Assembly: GCA_043811535.1 (NCBI GenBank)
Contig: JBDRNC010000018.1
Coordinates: 108,455-172,454, forward strand
Origin: Elusimicrobiota bacterium
GTDB lineage: Bacteria; Elusimicrobiota; Endomicrobiia; Endomicrobiales; JBDRNC01
Reading direction: 5' to 3'
Length of the DNA: 64,000 nt
The notes beneath the pieces were generated by a model. It searched no databases. It was not told the DNA's origin and saw only the letters and a list, made by a program, of their open reading frames with translations. Positions 1-9,691 of this stretch are shown here, piece after piece. How positions within the stretch are numbered: position 1 is the first letter of the stretch; every line of letters begins with the position of its first letter. The position numbers and the translations under genes were made by a program.

Positions 1-748
1 TGATATCCGCCTTGGATTGCTCGACTGTGAGCGCGGAAAGCGGCTTTTCCGTAAGTTTCTGGACGATGTGGTACCCGTACTGCGTCTTCACCACTTCCGA
101 AAGCTTGCCCGGCTTGAGAGCGAAAACCGCCTTCTCGAAATCCGGAACAAGTTCACCCTTGCGGAACGGGCCTATCTTGCCTCCGCTCATCGCGGACCCG
201 GAGTCGGTCGATATCTCCTCGGCCATCTTTCCGAAATCCGCGCCGGCTTTCAATCTCGCCAGCGCTTTTTCGGCCTCTTCCTGAGAAGAGAGCAGTATGT
301 GCCTCGCGGTCACTTCCACGGGTTTGAGAAAATCTTTTTTATTCTCTTCGTAATATCCGTTTATCTCGGCTTCCGTGGGCGTCAGCTCTTTGTCGTAAAG
401 GTCGCGGATGAACATTTCCATCAGCATGCCTTCTTCGTATTCCCTGGCTCTCTTTGCCTGGTCGAGCTTGAACTTTGCCAGCATCTTCTTATATTCGTCT
501 TTCCTGGCTATACCGGCCTTGTGCGCGGCCTCAAGCACAATTTTTTCGCGAACCATAAGGTCTAGGAACTGTTTCTTGCCGGCGTCGGTGCTGAGGAAAC
601 TCCTGTACGCGGGAGGCGAATCATTGAGCCTTTCCTGGAAGGATTTTACTGTGATCTTGGCCTTGCCGGCTTTGGCTATAACGTTGTCTCCCGAACACCC
701 CGCAAGCAAAAACGCGGTTCCAACTAAAAAATAAACAGCTTTTTTCAT
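1..748 (-). CDS. Peptidyl-prolyl cis-trans isomerase, parvulin/PpiC type (PrsA/SurA-like lipoprotein); 3' end lies beyond window start
   Basis: Hand translation of the minus strand gives MKKAVYFLVGTAFLLAGCSGDN, a lipobox signal peptide. Downstream is a parvulin domain (ARHILLSSQEEAEKALARLKAGADFGKMAEEISTDSGSAMSGGKIGPF...YGYHIVQKLTE). The ORF is not in the supplied track because it runs off the window edge. The ATG is at 748..746 with GGAG 8 nt upstream. Confidence 0.7.
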   Translation of the reverse strand, partial: MKKAVYFLVGTAFLLAGCSGDNVIAKAGKAKITVKSFQERLNDSPPAYRSFLSTDAGKKQFLDLMVREKIVLEAAHKAGIARKDEYKKMLAKFKLDQAKRAREYEEGMLMEMFIRDLYDKELTPTEAEINGYYEENKKDFLKPVEVTARHILLSSQEEAEKALARLKAGADFGKMAEEISTDSGSAMSGGKIGPFRKGELVPDFEKAVFALKPGKLSEVVKTQYGYHIVQKLTEKPLSALTVEQSKADI

Positions 749-770
749 TGAATTTCTCCTTTATAACGAC

Positions 771-852
771 GATTACACAGATTTTGAACTACGATTCCAC
801 GGATTTTAACGACTATTACACTGATTTCCAACAAAGATTACACTGATTATTA
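771..852. repeat. GATTACACWGATT 13-mer array (4 direct copies, 22-bp phase) between mfd and the PPIase gene
   Basis: gattacacagatt / gattccacggatt / attacactgatt / gattacactgatt, each separated by 9 bp. Confidence 0.75.
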
Positions 853-879
853 ATGCAGGTTTTAGGATAATCCATGCGG

Positions 880-3800
880 TCAGTATTTTGGGATTATAAC
901 ATATTCTTTGAATTTTAACAAGAATCTTTTTAAATATTCAAAGGCATTTTGCGCCGGTTTTTCCTTTTTAAGCCTTACCCCCTGCTGCTCGCCGCGTATG
1001 AATTCCAGCGTTTCGCTGAAATCCCTTGCCAATGCCGCTATTTTTTCGGCCGTAAAACCTATCCTGTCCGAAAAGTACACTTCAAAATGGTCCTGCTTCT
1101 CGGATATACCCTTGATCTTCAATTTTTCCGCGATAACCCGGAGCTCCGCTATCCTGAAAAGGTTCTCGGCGGGGTCCGGGATTCTGCCGAACCTGTCCTC
1201 AAGTTCGTCCCTGACCGCATCAAATTCCGGCGCGGACGCGACGGCGGCGAGTTTTCTGTAAAAGATGATGCGCAGCTCTTCGGATTCCATGTATTCCGGC
1301 GGGAACAGGGCGGGCACGGAGAAATCCATCGTGGCCTTGAACTCTTCCTCCGGCTCCGGCCTCTCGCCCTTAATGCCCTTGCTGGCCTCCTCTATGAGCC
1401 TGCTGTAAAGCTCGAATCCGATCTCCCTGACAAATCCGTGCTGCTCCCTGCCGAGTATGTTGCCCGCGCCGCGTATCTCAAGGTCGCGCAGTGAAAGCCT
1501 GAATCCCGAGCCGAGCTCTCCGAATTCCTGAAGCGATTCCAGCCGCTTTTCGGCGTCCGATTTCAGCAGCGATTTGGTGTAAAACAGGTAGCAGTAGGCC
1601 TTCTGTTTTTCGCGGCCGATGCGCCCCCTAAGCTGGTACAACTGCGCCAGCCCGAAGTTCTCGGCCTCTTCCACCACCATCGTGTTTGCCGAAGGTATAT
1701 CCAGCCCGGATTCTATTATGGTTGAGGCGACCAGCACGTCAATCTTCCTGTGCATGAAATCCCACATGGCTTTTTCTATCTGCGCGGCCGGGAGCTGGCC
1801 GTGGACTATGCCGAACTTTACATCGGGCATGAGCTTTTTCAGGTACGCGACGCGCGAAAGTATGGTCTCAACGCGGTTGTAAACATAGAAGACCTGCCCG
1901 CCGCGCGATATCTCCGCCTGTATGATTTTCTTCACTACGCGCTCGTCGTAAAGGCCAAGGTGCGTTTCTATGGGCAGGCGTCCCGCGGGCGGCGTCTCAA
2001 TGACTGAAAGGTCCCTTAGGTTGGCCAGCGCGAACGCGAGCGTGCGCGGGATGGGCGTCGCGGACAGCAGGAGGACCTCTATGTTTTTCTTCAGCGCCTT
2101 TATCTTTTCTTTTTCTTTCACGCCGAACCGGTGCTCCTCGTCGATAATAAGCAGGCCGAGGTCCTTAAACGATATATCTTTCTGGATGAGCCTGTGCGTA
2201 CCGATGACAATGTCCACCAACCCGTTTTTAATATCAGCTACTGTCTTTTTCTGTTCTTTCTTGCTCTGAAATCGGCTCATCATGGCGACATTCACCGGAA
2301 ACGGGGCAAGCCGGTTCACGAACGTGTTATAGTGCTGTTCCGCCAGCACCGTGGTCGGCACGAGCACCGCCACCTGCTTCTCGGCTACGGCCACTTTAAA
2401 CGCCGCGCGTATCGCAACCTCGGTCTTTCCGTATCCCACGTCTCCGCAGATCAGCCGTTCCATCGGCTGGGCCCTGCGCAGATCGGCCTTGACTTCCTCT
2501 ATCGCTCTCAGCTGGTCCTCGGTCTCGGAATACGGGAAGGAATCCGCGAGCTCTTTCTCCCACGCCGTTTCCTCCGCGTAAGGCGTGCCGGTAACCTTGC
2601 TGCGCTCGGCGTAAAGCCTTAAAAGTTCCGCGGCCATTTTCTCGGCGCCTTCCTTGGCGCGTTTTTTCAGGCGTTCCCACGCCGCGGTGTCAAGCGAGTG
2701 CAGGCGCGGCCTGCATCCTTCTATGCCGATGTATTTCTGTACGACGCGGAAATCGTCCACGGGAACGTAGAGTTTGTCGCCGCCCCTGTACTCAACGCAG
2801 ATATATTCCGCCTCCTGGTCGCCCCTGACTATTTTCTTGAGACCCAGGTACTTCCCTACGCCGTATTTTTCGTGCACGACGTAATCGTTCGGCGTGATCT
2901 CCCACAGGCCCTCAAGGCGCCTTCCGGCCTTGAATTTCGGGAAACTGACCGGCCTGCGCCTGTAAAGTATCTCCTGGCCGCTGAAAACCGCAAGTTTCCG
3001 CGAAGGCGAGTAAAAACTTTCCGCAAGCGGGCCGATATGCATTTCCGGAAGCTCGTCACGCCACTTGTTATCGTTCAATATCTCTTCAAGGCGGTCCTTC
3101 TCGCCCTGATGGGCGCAAAACACCATAAGGCTGTAATTCTGTTCCCTGAATTTTTTCAGGTCGGAGATAAACGCGGGGAAATTACCGGCCCACCTGCCCA
3201 GCGGCCTGAATCCCGCGTCAACCGGACCGGCTCCAAGCGCGCTGTTAACAAGGATTTCCCTCCCTCCCGCCGCCGAAGCAGTTTCATCGGACGGCTGAGC
3301 GTCAAAATATACCTGCGCGCCCGCGGGAAGATAATCCGCAAGCGCCGTCTCGGCCCGGGCCTTGGCCCCGTTAGAAGCAGGTCCCGCTAAAACACCATCA
3401 CTACCGGCGCCCGAAGCCGTGGAACTTCTAACGGGGTGAACCGGCAACACGCGGATTTCTTTCAGCATTTTATCGGAACGCTGCGTCGCGACGTCAAAAC
3501 TGCGGATGGTTTCCACGGTATTGACGTCAAAGACTATCCTGACCGGGCTGTCCATGTCCGGCGTCCAGATGTCCAGGATTTCGCCGCGCCTGCTGAAATG
3601 GCCCCTGTCTTCCACAAAATCCTCGCGCTGGTACCCGTTGTCCGAGAGAGCGGACAGGGTTTTTTCGTAATCGCTGGTTTTTCCCAAGGAAAATACCATT
3701 GTATTTTTCTTCAAACTGTCCGGCGAAACGGTTTTCAGCGCGAAAGATTCCGGCGTGGCAAGTACCACGCATGGAAAAGCCCCCGCGCTGAGGCGGTCCA

Positions 3801-4008
3801 GCGTATTTATGGATTCAAAAGGGTCGTATTGAAGGTATTTATAGATAGATACGGACGGAAAGAACTTACCGAGCGCCAGCAGGTTATCGTGCCACGCCTG
3901 AATATCGTCTTCCGCGGCGACGGCGACAATGACCTTCGCTTCCGCGAGCTTTTCAAGGATGAAGTAGGCCTTGCCCGAACCTGATAAACCGGTGTAGTAT
4001 TTTATCAT
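880..4008 (-). CDS. mfd: Transcription-repair coupling factor Mfd
   Basis: 1042 aa with a UvrB-like N-terminal region and a CarD/TRCF domain (VVHEKYGVGKYLGLKKI). It carries a RecG-like SF2 helicase with DEEHRFGV and LSATPIPRTL motifs. Confidence 0.9.
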   Translation of the reverse strand: MIKYYTGLSGSGKAYFILEKLAEAKVIVAVAAEDDIQAWHDNLLALGKFFPSVSIYKYLQYDPFESINTLDRLSAGAFPCVVLATPESFALKTVSPDSLKKNTMVFSLGKTSDYEKTLSALSDNGYQREDFVEDRGHFSRRGEILDIWTPDMDSPVRIVFDVNTVETIRSFDVATQRSDKMLKEIRVLPVHPVRSSTASGAGSDGVLAGPASNGAKARAETALADYLPAGAQVYFDAQPSDETASAAGGREILVNSALGAGPVDAGFRPLGRWAGNFPAFISDLKKFREQNYSLMVFCAHQGEKDRLEEILNDNKWRDELPEMHIGPLAESFYSPSRKLAVFSGQEILYRRRPVSFPKFKAGRRLEGLWEITPNDYVVHEKYGVGKYLGLKKIVRGDQEAEYICVEYRGGDKLYVPVDDFRVVQKYIGIEGCRPRLHSLDTAAWERLKKRAKEGAEKMAAELLRLYAERSKVTGTPYAEETAWEKELADSFPYSETEDQLRAIEEVKADLRRAQPMERLICGDVGYGKTEVAIRAAFKVAVAEKQVAVLVPTTVLAEQHYNTFVNRLAPFPVNVAMMSRFQSKKEQKKTVADIKNGLVDIVIGTHRLIQKDISFKDLGLLIIDEEHRFGVKEKEKIKALKKNIEVLLLSATPIPRTLAFALANLRDLSVIETPPAGRLPIETHLGLYDERVVKKIIQAEISRGGQVFYVYNRVETILSRVAYLKKLMPDVKFGIVHGQLPAAQIEKAMWDFMHRKIDVLVASTIIESGLDIPSANTMVVEEAENFGLAQLYQLRGRIGREKQKAYCYLFYTKSLLKSDAEKRLESLQEFGELGSGFRLSLRDLEIRGAGNILGREQHGFVREIGFELYSRLIEEASKGIKGERPEPEEEFKATMDFSVPALFPPEYMESEELRIIFYRKLAAVASAPEFDAVRDELEDRFGRIPDPAENLFRIAELRVIAEKLKIKGISEKQDHFEVYFSDRIGFTAEKIAALARDFSETLEFIRGEQQGVRLKKEKPAQNAFEYLKRFLLKFKEYVIIPKY

Positions 4009-4111
4009 AGTAAAGAGATTACAGATTACATATTACATATTACAAATTACATATTTAACGACTGATATTCTTTCAATTTGAAATATGCAATTTGGAATTT
4101 GTAATTATTAT

Positions 4112-6430
4112 CTATCGCGCGAGTGATCCGGCGCGAAACATCGAAGCTATTTTCAGCGCGAGCAGCATTATCACCATCCCGGGCAGGCCCCAGGCAGGTA
4201 TTATCACCGTTCCGCCGATAAGCGCCGCAAGCCACCCGCCCATCAGGTCGGCCGCGTAAATCTTTCCCGCCTCTGCGTGTTCGCCGGTTTTTTTAATTTC
4301 CCCTTCGGCGGGAGCCAGCGCCGGGAACTGAAACCCCAGGAGCGCCCCCGACCCCGCCGACAGCAGAAATAGTAAATGCCATGGGATTTTCACAAAACTC
4401 AGCAGGCAAAACCAGATAATTATCCAAATCACGAACAATATGTCTATGATTCTAATAATCTTTTTTGGTGAATTGGTAATTGCTAATTGATAATTGTTAA
4501 TTGCGGCGTACGCCGCAATACCAGTTCCCGCCATGAAACACGCGCTCAACAGGCCTATCCAGTAATAGACCGCGCCGTTGAGCACCTGCATACCCCAGAT
4601 GCTTACCATCTGCATTCCCATCGCCGCCGCGCCGGAAGTGAATGCCGTGCCGGAGTACCCGCGACGGGTGAAAAGCAGAATCATCGTCAAAATGACGGCT
4701 ATCCATATGTATTTAGACAACGCGGAATAGAGATTGGCCCGCCCCGAAGAAAAAATACTTTGACGGTAGATAAGCGACTTGAAGAGCCCGCGCGGAGAAA
4801 AATCCCTGTTTACGGGCTGTTTCCCGAAAAATCCGCCCTCGTGTTTCTTCATTTCATTCAGAAACCATTTTTCTTTCGCCGGGTCCAGCTTATACTTTAT
4901 GTATTTGGCGGATACAAATAATTTTTCAATTTTTAAATCCTTAAATCTTTCAACCGCCGTTGCCGTTCTGGGCGCCGGCGAATTCCCGCAAATAAAAATA
5001 TTTCTTTCCCCCGGAATGACCCTGACATGTTTGAACGAGCCGTTGAGACCCGATAATACCGCGGCGTTCATCCCGCCGAGGTACCTGTCGACGTAATTCA
5101 TCGAGCCGGGCAGACTGATAACGAATATCCCGCCCGGGGCAAGGCGCCGGTTCACCGAATCAAAGAACTCTAACGTGTAGTACCTGTTTACGGAAAGCGC
5201 AGCCGGATAGGGCGCGTCTACGAAAACGGCGTCATAGCTCTTGCCGGACCCCTCAATATATTTTCTGCCGTCTTCGTAAAATACATTAACCCCTCCCCCT
5301 TTCTCCGAAAAGGGGCGCGGCCCCCACGGGGCTTTACTCCCCTCTTTCCCAAAGAGGGGAGTAGCGGAATTGCGCGAAACGAAGTCTATCAGCCACGGGT
5401 TTATCTCCACGTAATCCAGCGATTGTATTCCGTATGCCTGTATAGTCGTGATATACCTTCCCGTTCCGCCTATTAAAAGGACGCTCTCCGGTTTGGCATG
5501 AAAAAGCAGAGGCAGAAAAACGTTGTTTTCCGCGGCCTCTTTATTCGGCGCGTTGAAAGTTTCGATCGGATTGCCGTCGGAAAAGAAGAACTTCTCGCCG
5601 CCGCGCGATACCGCCGCCAGCCGGCCGTACTGCGTGTTCTGCGCCTCAACCACCTTGTATCCCGCGAATAACCTTGACAGGCTGGTAGTCTCAATTTTAT
5701 TGCTGAATAACAGCACCGGAATGAAAGCCGCGGCGAAAACCGCAAGCATTATTTTCTGTTTTTTTTCTTCAATGATGGGTATGACTGCCAAGGAAGATAT
5801 CTGGAGTATAGCGGTAGCAACAAAGACCGAATTGGCGTTCAGAAGCAGCGAAAGCGTGTAAACAACTCCGCCCGCGAAGAAGCCGAGCGTTTCCCATAGG
5901 TAAATCCTGCCCGATTTAAGGAGCCCTTCGCGTTCCTTGAGCCAGCCCATGCCTAAACTGAACTGCGCGCCTATCAACGCTCCCGCCGGGATGAATATGG
6001 ACGCCGAAACCCATAGGAGAAACAGCAAAGGCAATTCAATGCCGGCTAAGAAACCGAAAATATTCCTTATTTCCCTTATAAAAAACATCGAAAGCATCAA
6101 ATACGGGCCTGCCGCCAGAAACGTTAAGGCAAGAATCCCTCTGCATTCTTCCGTCCCGCGACAGGGGACGTCGGTATTATTATGCTTAAAGTGCTCCGCC
6201 CCGCGACAGGGGACGTCGGTATCAGAATTACGCTTAAGGTGCTCCGCCCCGCGGTTTTTCACAAATTTCGCGGTAAGAATGCTCCCGGCGGCGACGCCCA
6301 GCATCCACAGCGAAATCACGAGCCCGATGGACAGTTCGTTGCCGTGAAAAACGACCTGGATCTCCCGCAGCAGGAACGTCTGCGCGCAAACCGCGATAAA
6401 CCCGGAAAGGAAAAAGACTGAATTAAACAT
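4112..6430 (-). CDS. Membrane-anchored spermidine synthase-like polyamine aminopropyltransferase (N-terminal multi-TM domain fused to a SpeE-like domain)
   Basis: 772 aa with a hydrophobic N-terminal half. The C-terminal half has spermidine synthase motifs (VLLIGGTGRY..., DAVFVDAPYP, GGIFVISLPGS). It contains in-frame repeat insertions; see findings. Confidence 0.75.
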   Translation of the reverse strand: MFNSVFFLSGFIAVCAQTFLLREIQVVFHGNELSIGLVISLWMLGVAAGSILTAKFVKNRGAEHLKRNSDTDVPCRGAEHFKHNNTDVPCRGTEECRGILALTFLAAGPYLMLSMFFIREIRNIFGFLAGIELPLLFLLWVSASIFIPAGALIGAQFSLGMGWLKEREGLLKSGRIYLWETLGFFAGGVVYTLSLLLNANSVFVATAILQISSLAVIPIIEEKKQKIMLAVFAAAFIPVLLFSNKIETTSLSRLFAGYKVVEAQNTQYGRLAAVSRGGEKFFFSDGNPIETFNAPNKEAAENNVFLPLLFHAKPESVLLIGGTGRYITTIQAYGIQSLDYVEINPWLIDFVSRNSATPLFGKEGSKAPWGPRPFSEKGGGVNVFYEDGRKYIEGSGKSYDAVFVDAPYPAALSVNRYYTLEFFDSVNRRLAPGGIFVISLPGSMNYVDRYLGGMNAAVLSGLNGSFKHVRVIPGERNIFICGNSPAPRTATAVERFKDLKIEKLFVSAKYIKYKLDPAKEKWFLNEMKKHEGGFFGKQPVNRDFSPRGLFKSLIYRQSIFSSGRANLYSALSKYIWIAVILTMILLFTRRGYSGTAFTSGAAAMGMQMVSIWGMQVLNGAVYYWIGLLSACFMAGTGIAAYAAINNYQLAITNSPKKIIRIIDILFVIWIIIWFCLLSFVKIPWHLLFLLSAGSGALLGFQFPALAPAEGEIKKTGEHAEAGKIYAADLMGGWLAALIGGTVIIPAWGLPGMVIMLLALKIASMFRAGSLAR

Positions 6431-6491
6431 TTAGGAGTATTATACTAAATAAATTGAGGTGTGACGGATTGTGACTGACGGCTGGCAGCAG

Positions 6492-7067
6492 CTAAATATC
6501 TTTATGCCATAACAGCATCGTTTCGCGCCCGACTTTCGGATGGCCCCAGTATCCAAGGGTATTGATTTGCGCTAATTTACAGCCTTGTTTTTTATAAAAT
6601 CTGCAGGCCGCCACGTTATTCGTCTGCGTTTCTATCCTGAGTTGTTTGAGTTTTTCCTTTCTTAGCCAAGATATCACTTTTCCAAACAGAGCTCTGCCTA
6701 TCCCGGAGCGCCGGTATTCGGGAGCAATACGCAAATCCCATAACACGGCTATGTCATTCCTGTCCGCCAGCATATGGACCTTGGGCGTCTTGCAGGCAAT
6801 TGCCGCCGCGCCCGCGTACTTGTTATCCTTAACGGCAAAGAACAACCGCCAGTTTCTTGTATTGAAACGCTTCATCCACGTACGCGGGCCGCCGAATGAA
6901 TCGTAATTCTTCTTTCCGCGGCTTGTTCTTGATTCAAACAGCCTTATCCCGCCGAGGCCGGAGTCAACCAGCCGGCATTTCAGCTCTGATTTAATATCAA
7001 ACGCGATCGGAATCTTTGAATAATCGCGGATATTCTTTCTAGTGACCTTCTCAACCAATATTTTCAT
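6492..7067 (-). CDS. GNAT family N-acetyltransferase
   Basis: Acetyl-CoA binding motif RRSGIGRALFGKVISWL...AACRFYKKQGCKL. Confidence 0.7.
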   Translation of the reverse strand: MKILVEKVTRKNIRDYSKIPIAFDIKSELKCRLVDSGLGGIRLFESRTSRGKKNYDSFGGPRTWMKRFNTRNWRLFFAVKDNKYAGAAAIACKTPKVHMLADRNDIAVLWDLRIAPEYRRSGIGRALFGKVISWLRKEKLKQLRIETQTNNVAACRFYKKQGCKLAQINTLGYWGHPKVGRETMLLWHKDI

Positions 7068-7077
7068 GTATTGTCCG

Positions 7078-9408
7078 TCACTTGCCGCTATTCACTGCCG
7101 CTTTGTCTATCTTCGCTTTCAATTCGTCCAGGATAATCCGCGGCTCATTGTTTTCCCCGGCCGTAAACGGGTCGGACAGCAGGTCCGATTCCAGTTCCGA
7201 CATCAGCGCGAGCATCATGGCGTTATGCGGCTTCCAGTACTCCTCCGAACACCATTCCGTCAGCCATACCGGTTTATTCCCGTCCTTCGGCGAAACGAAT
7301 CCGTTTGGGATGCCTCCGAGCACCGGCCCTTTGCCGATATCCGCCATCATCACATGCGGGTTTGTCGTGCCTTTCCCGCTGACCATGCAGAAGCCCGAAG
7401 GATTCGCGCCCAGCACCCAGCCAATCTGGTCCGCCGCGATCCTGGCGAATTCGGGGTTGCCGGTAAACCGGGCGTAGCGCAGAGCTATCAATCCGTATGA
7501 CATGGTATCGCAGTTGAACCCGTGGTCCGTCATCGGGCATCTCGGAGACGCGAAATAATAAAGCTTCATGTCCGTTTGCGCGCCTTCAGGCGGCTCAAGC
7601 GCCTGCGCCGCCTTGCCGAAAGGATTGAGTTCCGCCGCCTGCCTGATAAATCCGTGTGCAAAATAATCCATGGCGAAACGTATCCTTGTTCTAAGCGCAT
7701 CGTCATCTTTCAGCGCTTCCGCCAGTTCCATCAGGCCGAGATAGACGCCTATGGAATGGACGAATTTATACTGGTAAGTGAAATCGGATTTATCGGGTTT
7801 CCAGAAGAACATCCCGAAAATCTGTTCCTGGCTGCGTTTGTAATCAAGGAATTGCGTCGGAAGTATTTTTTCCGCTGCCGCTTTGGCGGTTTCCAGATAC
7901 TTCGCGTCTCCCGTAACTCCGTAAAGCCGCGTGCTCGCCCACAGGTACATGCCCAGATACTGGATGCCGTCAAGGTTCTGGCGGCCGAGGTACTCCCACG
8001 CCTTCACGGCGGCGTCAAGCGATTCTTTCGCCAGTTCCGGGTCCTTTTTTTCCAACGCCCTGTAAACCTCGGCCATGGTCACCGCATACGCCCCCTCAAC
8101 TTCGGGGGCGTATATATCCATTAAGTAACAATCATCGGTGTCCTGCTCCGGGGTGATATCTTCTAACCAGCAGTCCTTGCGCTTGCTTTTTACGGCAAAA
8201 TAGACATGTCCGCTCGCGGGATTCTGCATGTCAATACAGAAACGCGCGGCGTATTTTATCTCGTCAATAGGGTCAAAACCCTTGGCTGGAATTTCGCCTG
8301 ACAGCAGGTTCTGCCAGCGCGCCATGGCCCATACCCAGGTCGGCGTGGTGCTCATCCACCTTTCAATATCCAGTTCCGTGTCGTAATACCCGCCGGGCAC
8401 GGGGTTGGAATGCTTGGGCTTCTTGGGATAGCGCGTGAATTTTATGTAGTGGAACTGCGATTTGCTCAATTCCCCCGCGATAACGTTCTTTTTAATCTCG
8501 AACGGATACGATTCCGCTTCCATCGGCTTGTCTCCCGAAGGCAAAACGGCCTTTAAAACATAGCGCCCGGGCTGTTCAAGTTTGTCAAACGAGACGATCC
8601 AGTATTGCCCCGGCCACAGTTCGGAGTTTTTAAATTTCCGCGCTTTTCCGGATTCAATCACCTTGCGTCCGGGCAATGAGAGGATGCTGTACTCCATCGG
8701 CGCGTCAACTTCCGCTTCGCTGTTATTCAGCTGGATGACCGCCCGCTTGTTCATCCCGGGGTCAAAACCTATCTGGTTCATCAGTATCTGAATATGGGAA
8801 TTGGCGCCTATCTGCTCCAAACCGGCAAGTTCTATCCATCCATTGCCGCCGTGGCGCGTGTTGTAGGAATTTGCGACGGCTATATCCAACTTGAAAGGAG
8901 GTTCGGGCGTCTTGTTGGAGCCGCCGTAGTTATAGACCAGTTCTTTCATGTCAATTGTCTCTTTGCGCCACCCGGATGTTTTCGCGCCCGAATGGAATGC
9001 CCGCATGAAGACCCCGCCGTCAGCGTCGCCGAATTTAAGGTCAAACTTATTCGGCATCCCCTTGCCGCGTATCCAGAAGCTGATTCTTCCCGCTTTGGAG
9101 ATATCAACGGCGGCCGGCTTCACGAACCATACCCACGCGCCGTTCGGAGCGTCAACAGGCAGTTCGTATTCCACGCGCAAAGCGTCCCCGTGAGGGCTTG
9201 GCACGACTGACAGGGAGGCCTTGCTCCGGTCATCCGCCGATCCGCTGCTCCAGCCACTCAAGCTCTCAAACGCTTTAACAGGGACGGTAGTCAGCTCGCT
9301 GGTAGGCCCCCAGCCTTGTTTTGTATCGCAGAATTTCCCACCGCCGTACGCCGTGACAGCCAATCCCGCGGCCAGCGCAAACATCAACTGAATGAATTTG
9401 ATTTTCAT
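7078..9408 (-). CDS. Secreted carbohydrate-active-enzyme-like protein (N-terminal CBM/CIA30-like beta domain plus C-terminal (alpha/alpha)6-barrel-like domain)
   Basis: The start is moved to the internal Met (MKIKFIQLMFALAAGLAVTAYGG signal peptide) with AAGGAG 6 nt upstream. The C-terminal region resembles six-hairpin glycosidases (DGIQYLGMYLWASTRLYGVTGDAKYLETAKAA). The exact GH family was not resolved. Confidence 0.45.
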   Translation of the reverse strand: MKIKFIQLMFALAAGLAVTAYGGGKFCDTKQGWGPTSELTTVPVKAFESLSGWSSGSADDRSKASLSVVPSPHGDALRVEYELPVDAPNGAWVWFVKPAAVDISKAGRISFWIRGKGMPNKFDLKFGDADGGVFMRAFHSGAKTSGWRKETIDMKELVYNYGGSNKTPEPPFKLDIAVANSYNTRHGGNGWIELAGLEQIGANSHIQILMNQIGFDPGMNKRAVIQLNNSEAEVDAPMEYSILSLPGRKVIESGKARKFKNSELWPGQYWIVSFDKLEQPGRYVLKAVLPSGDKPMEAESYPFEIKKNVIAGELSKSQFHYIKFTRYPKKPKHSNPVPGGYYDTELDIERWMSTTPTWVWAMARWQNLLSGEIPAKGFDPIDEIKYAARFCIDMQNPASGHVYFAVKSKRKDCWLEDITPEQDTDDCYLMDIYAPEVEGAYAVTMAEVYRALEKKDPELAKESLDAAVKAWEYLGRQNLDGIQYLGMYLWASTRLYGVTGDAKYLETAKAAAEKILPTQFLDYKRSQEQIFGMFFWKPDKSDFTYQYKFVHSIGVYLGLMELAEALKDDDALRTRIRFAMDYFAHGFIRQAAELNPFGKAAQALEPPEGAQTDMKLYYFASPRCPMTDHGFNCDTMSYGLIALRYARFTGNPEFARIAADQIGWVLGANPSGFCMVSGKGTTNPHVMMADIGKGPVLGGIPNGFVSPKDGNKPVWLTEWCSEEYWKPHNAMMLALMSELESDLLSDPFTAGENNEPRIILDELKAKIDKAAVNSGK

Positions 9409-9691
9409 AGTTCTCCTTCTCAGTTCGCAAGCCGTACCCCGCTTACTGTTAACTGTTTTTATTTGCAAGATAATGGGGATGGTTCTAATGAACCTCCGCC
9501 CAGTCCGCCGCGGCGGAGGCGGTATCAGACGTACCCCTCTTTTTCAAAGAGGGGTTAGGGGAGATTTTATTACCGGCAAAATCCCCCTGTTTCCCCCTTT
9601 GCAAAGGGGGACTATCAGTGACCGCCCAGCAAGCTGGGCGGAATAGTCAAGTTTAATTAAACAGAACCGTCCCCTATGACCGCCGCTTTTT

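Noticed and set aside
17-734. Plus-strand ORFs 17..565 and 408..734 from the ORF track
   Set aside because: 1. They are antisense shadow ORFs of a well-supported minus-strand parvulin PPIase lipoprotein gene.
2. They have no domain-like sequence and a compositionally odd translation.
771-852. GATTACACA arrays considered as DnaA boxes or a replication origin (partial similarity to TTATCCACA)
   Set aside because: 1. Only 5 of 9 positions match the DnaA box.
2. The arrays occur at 10 or more separate intergenic loci across 64 kb.
3. No dnaA, dnaN or gyrB is adjacent.
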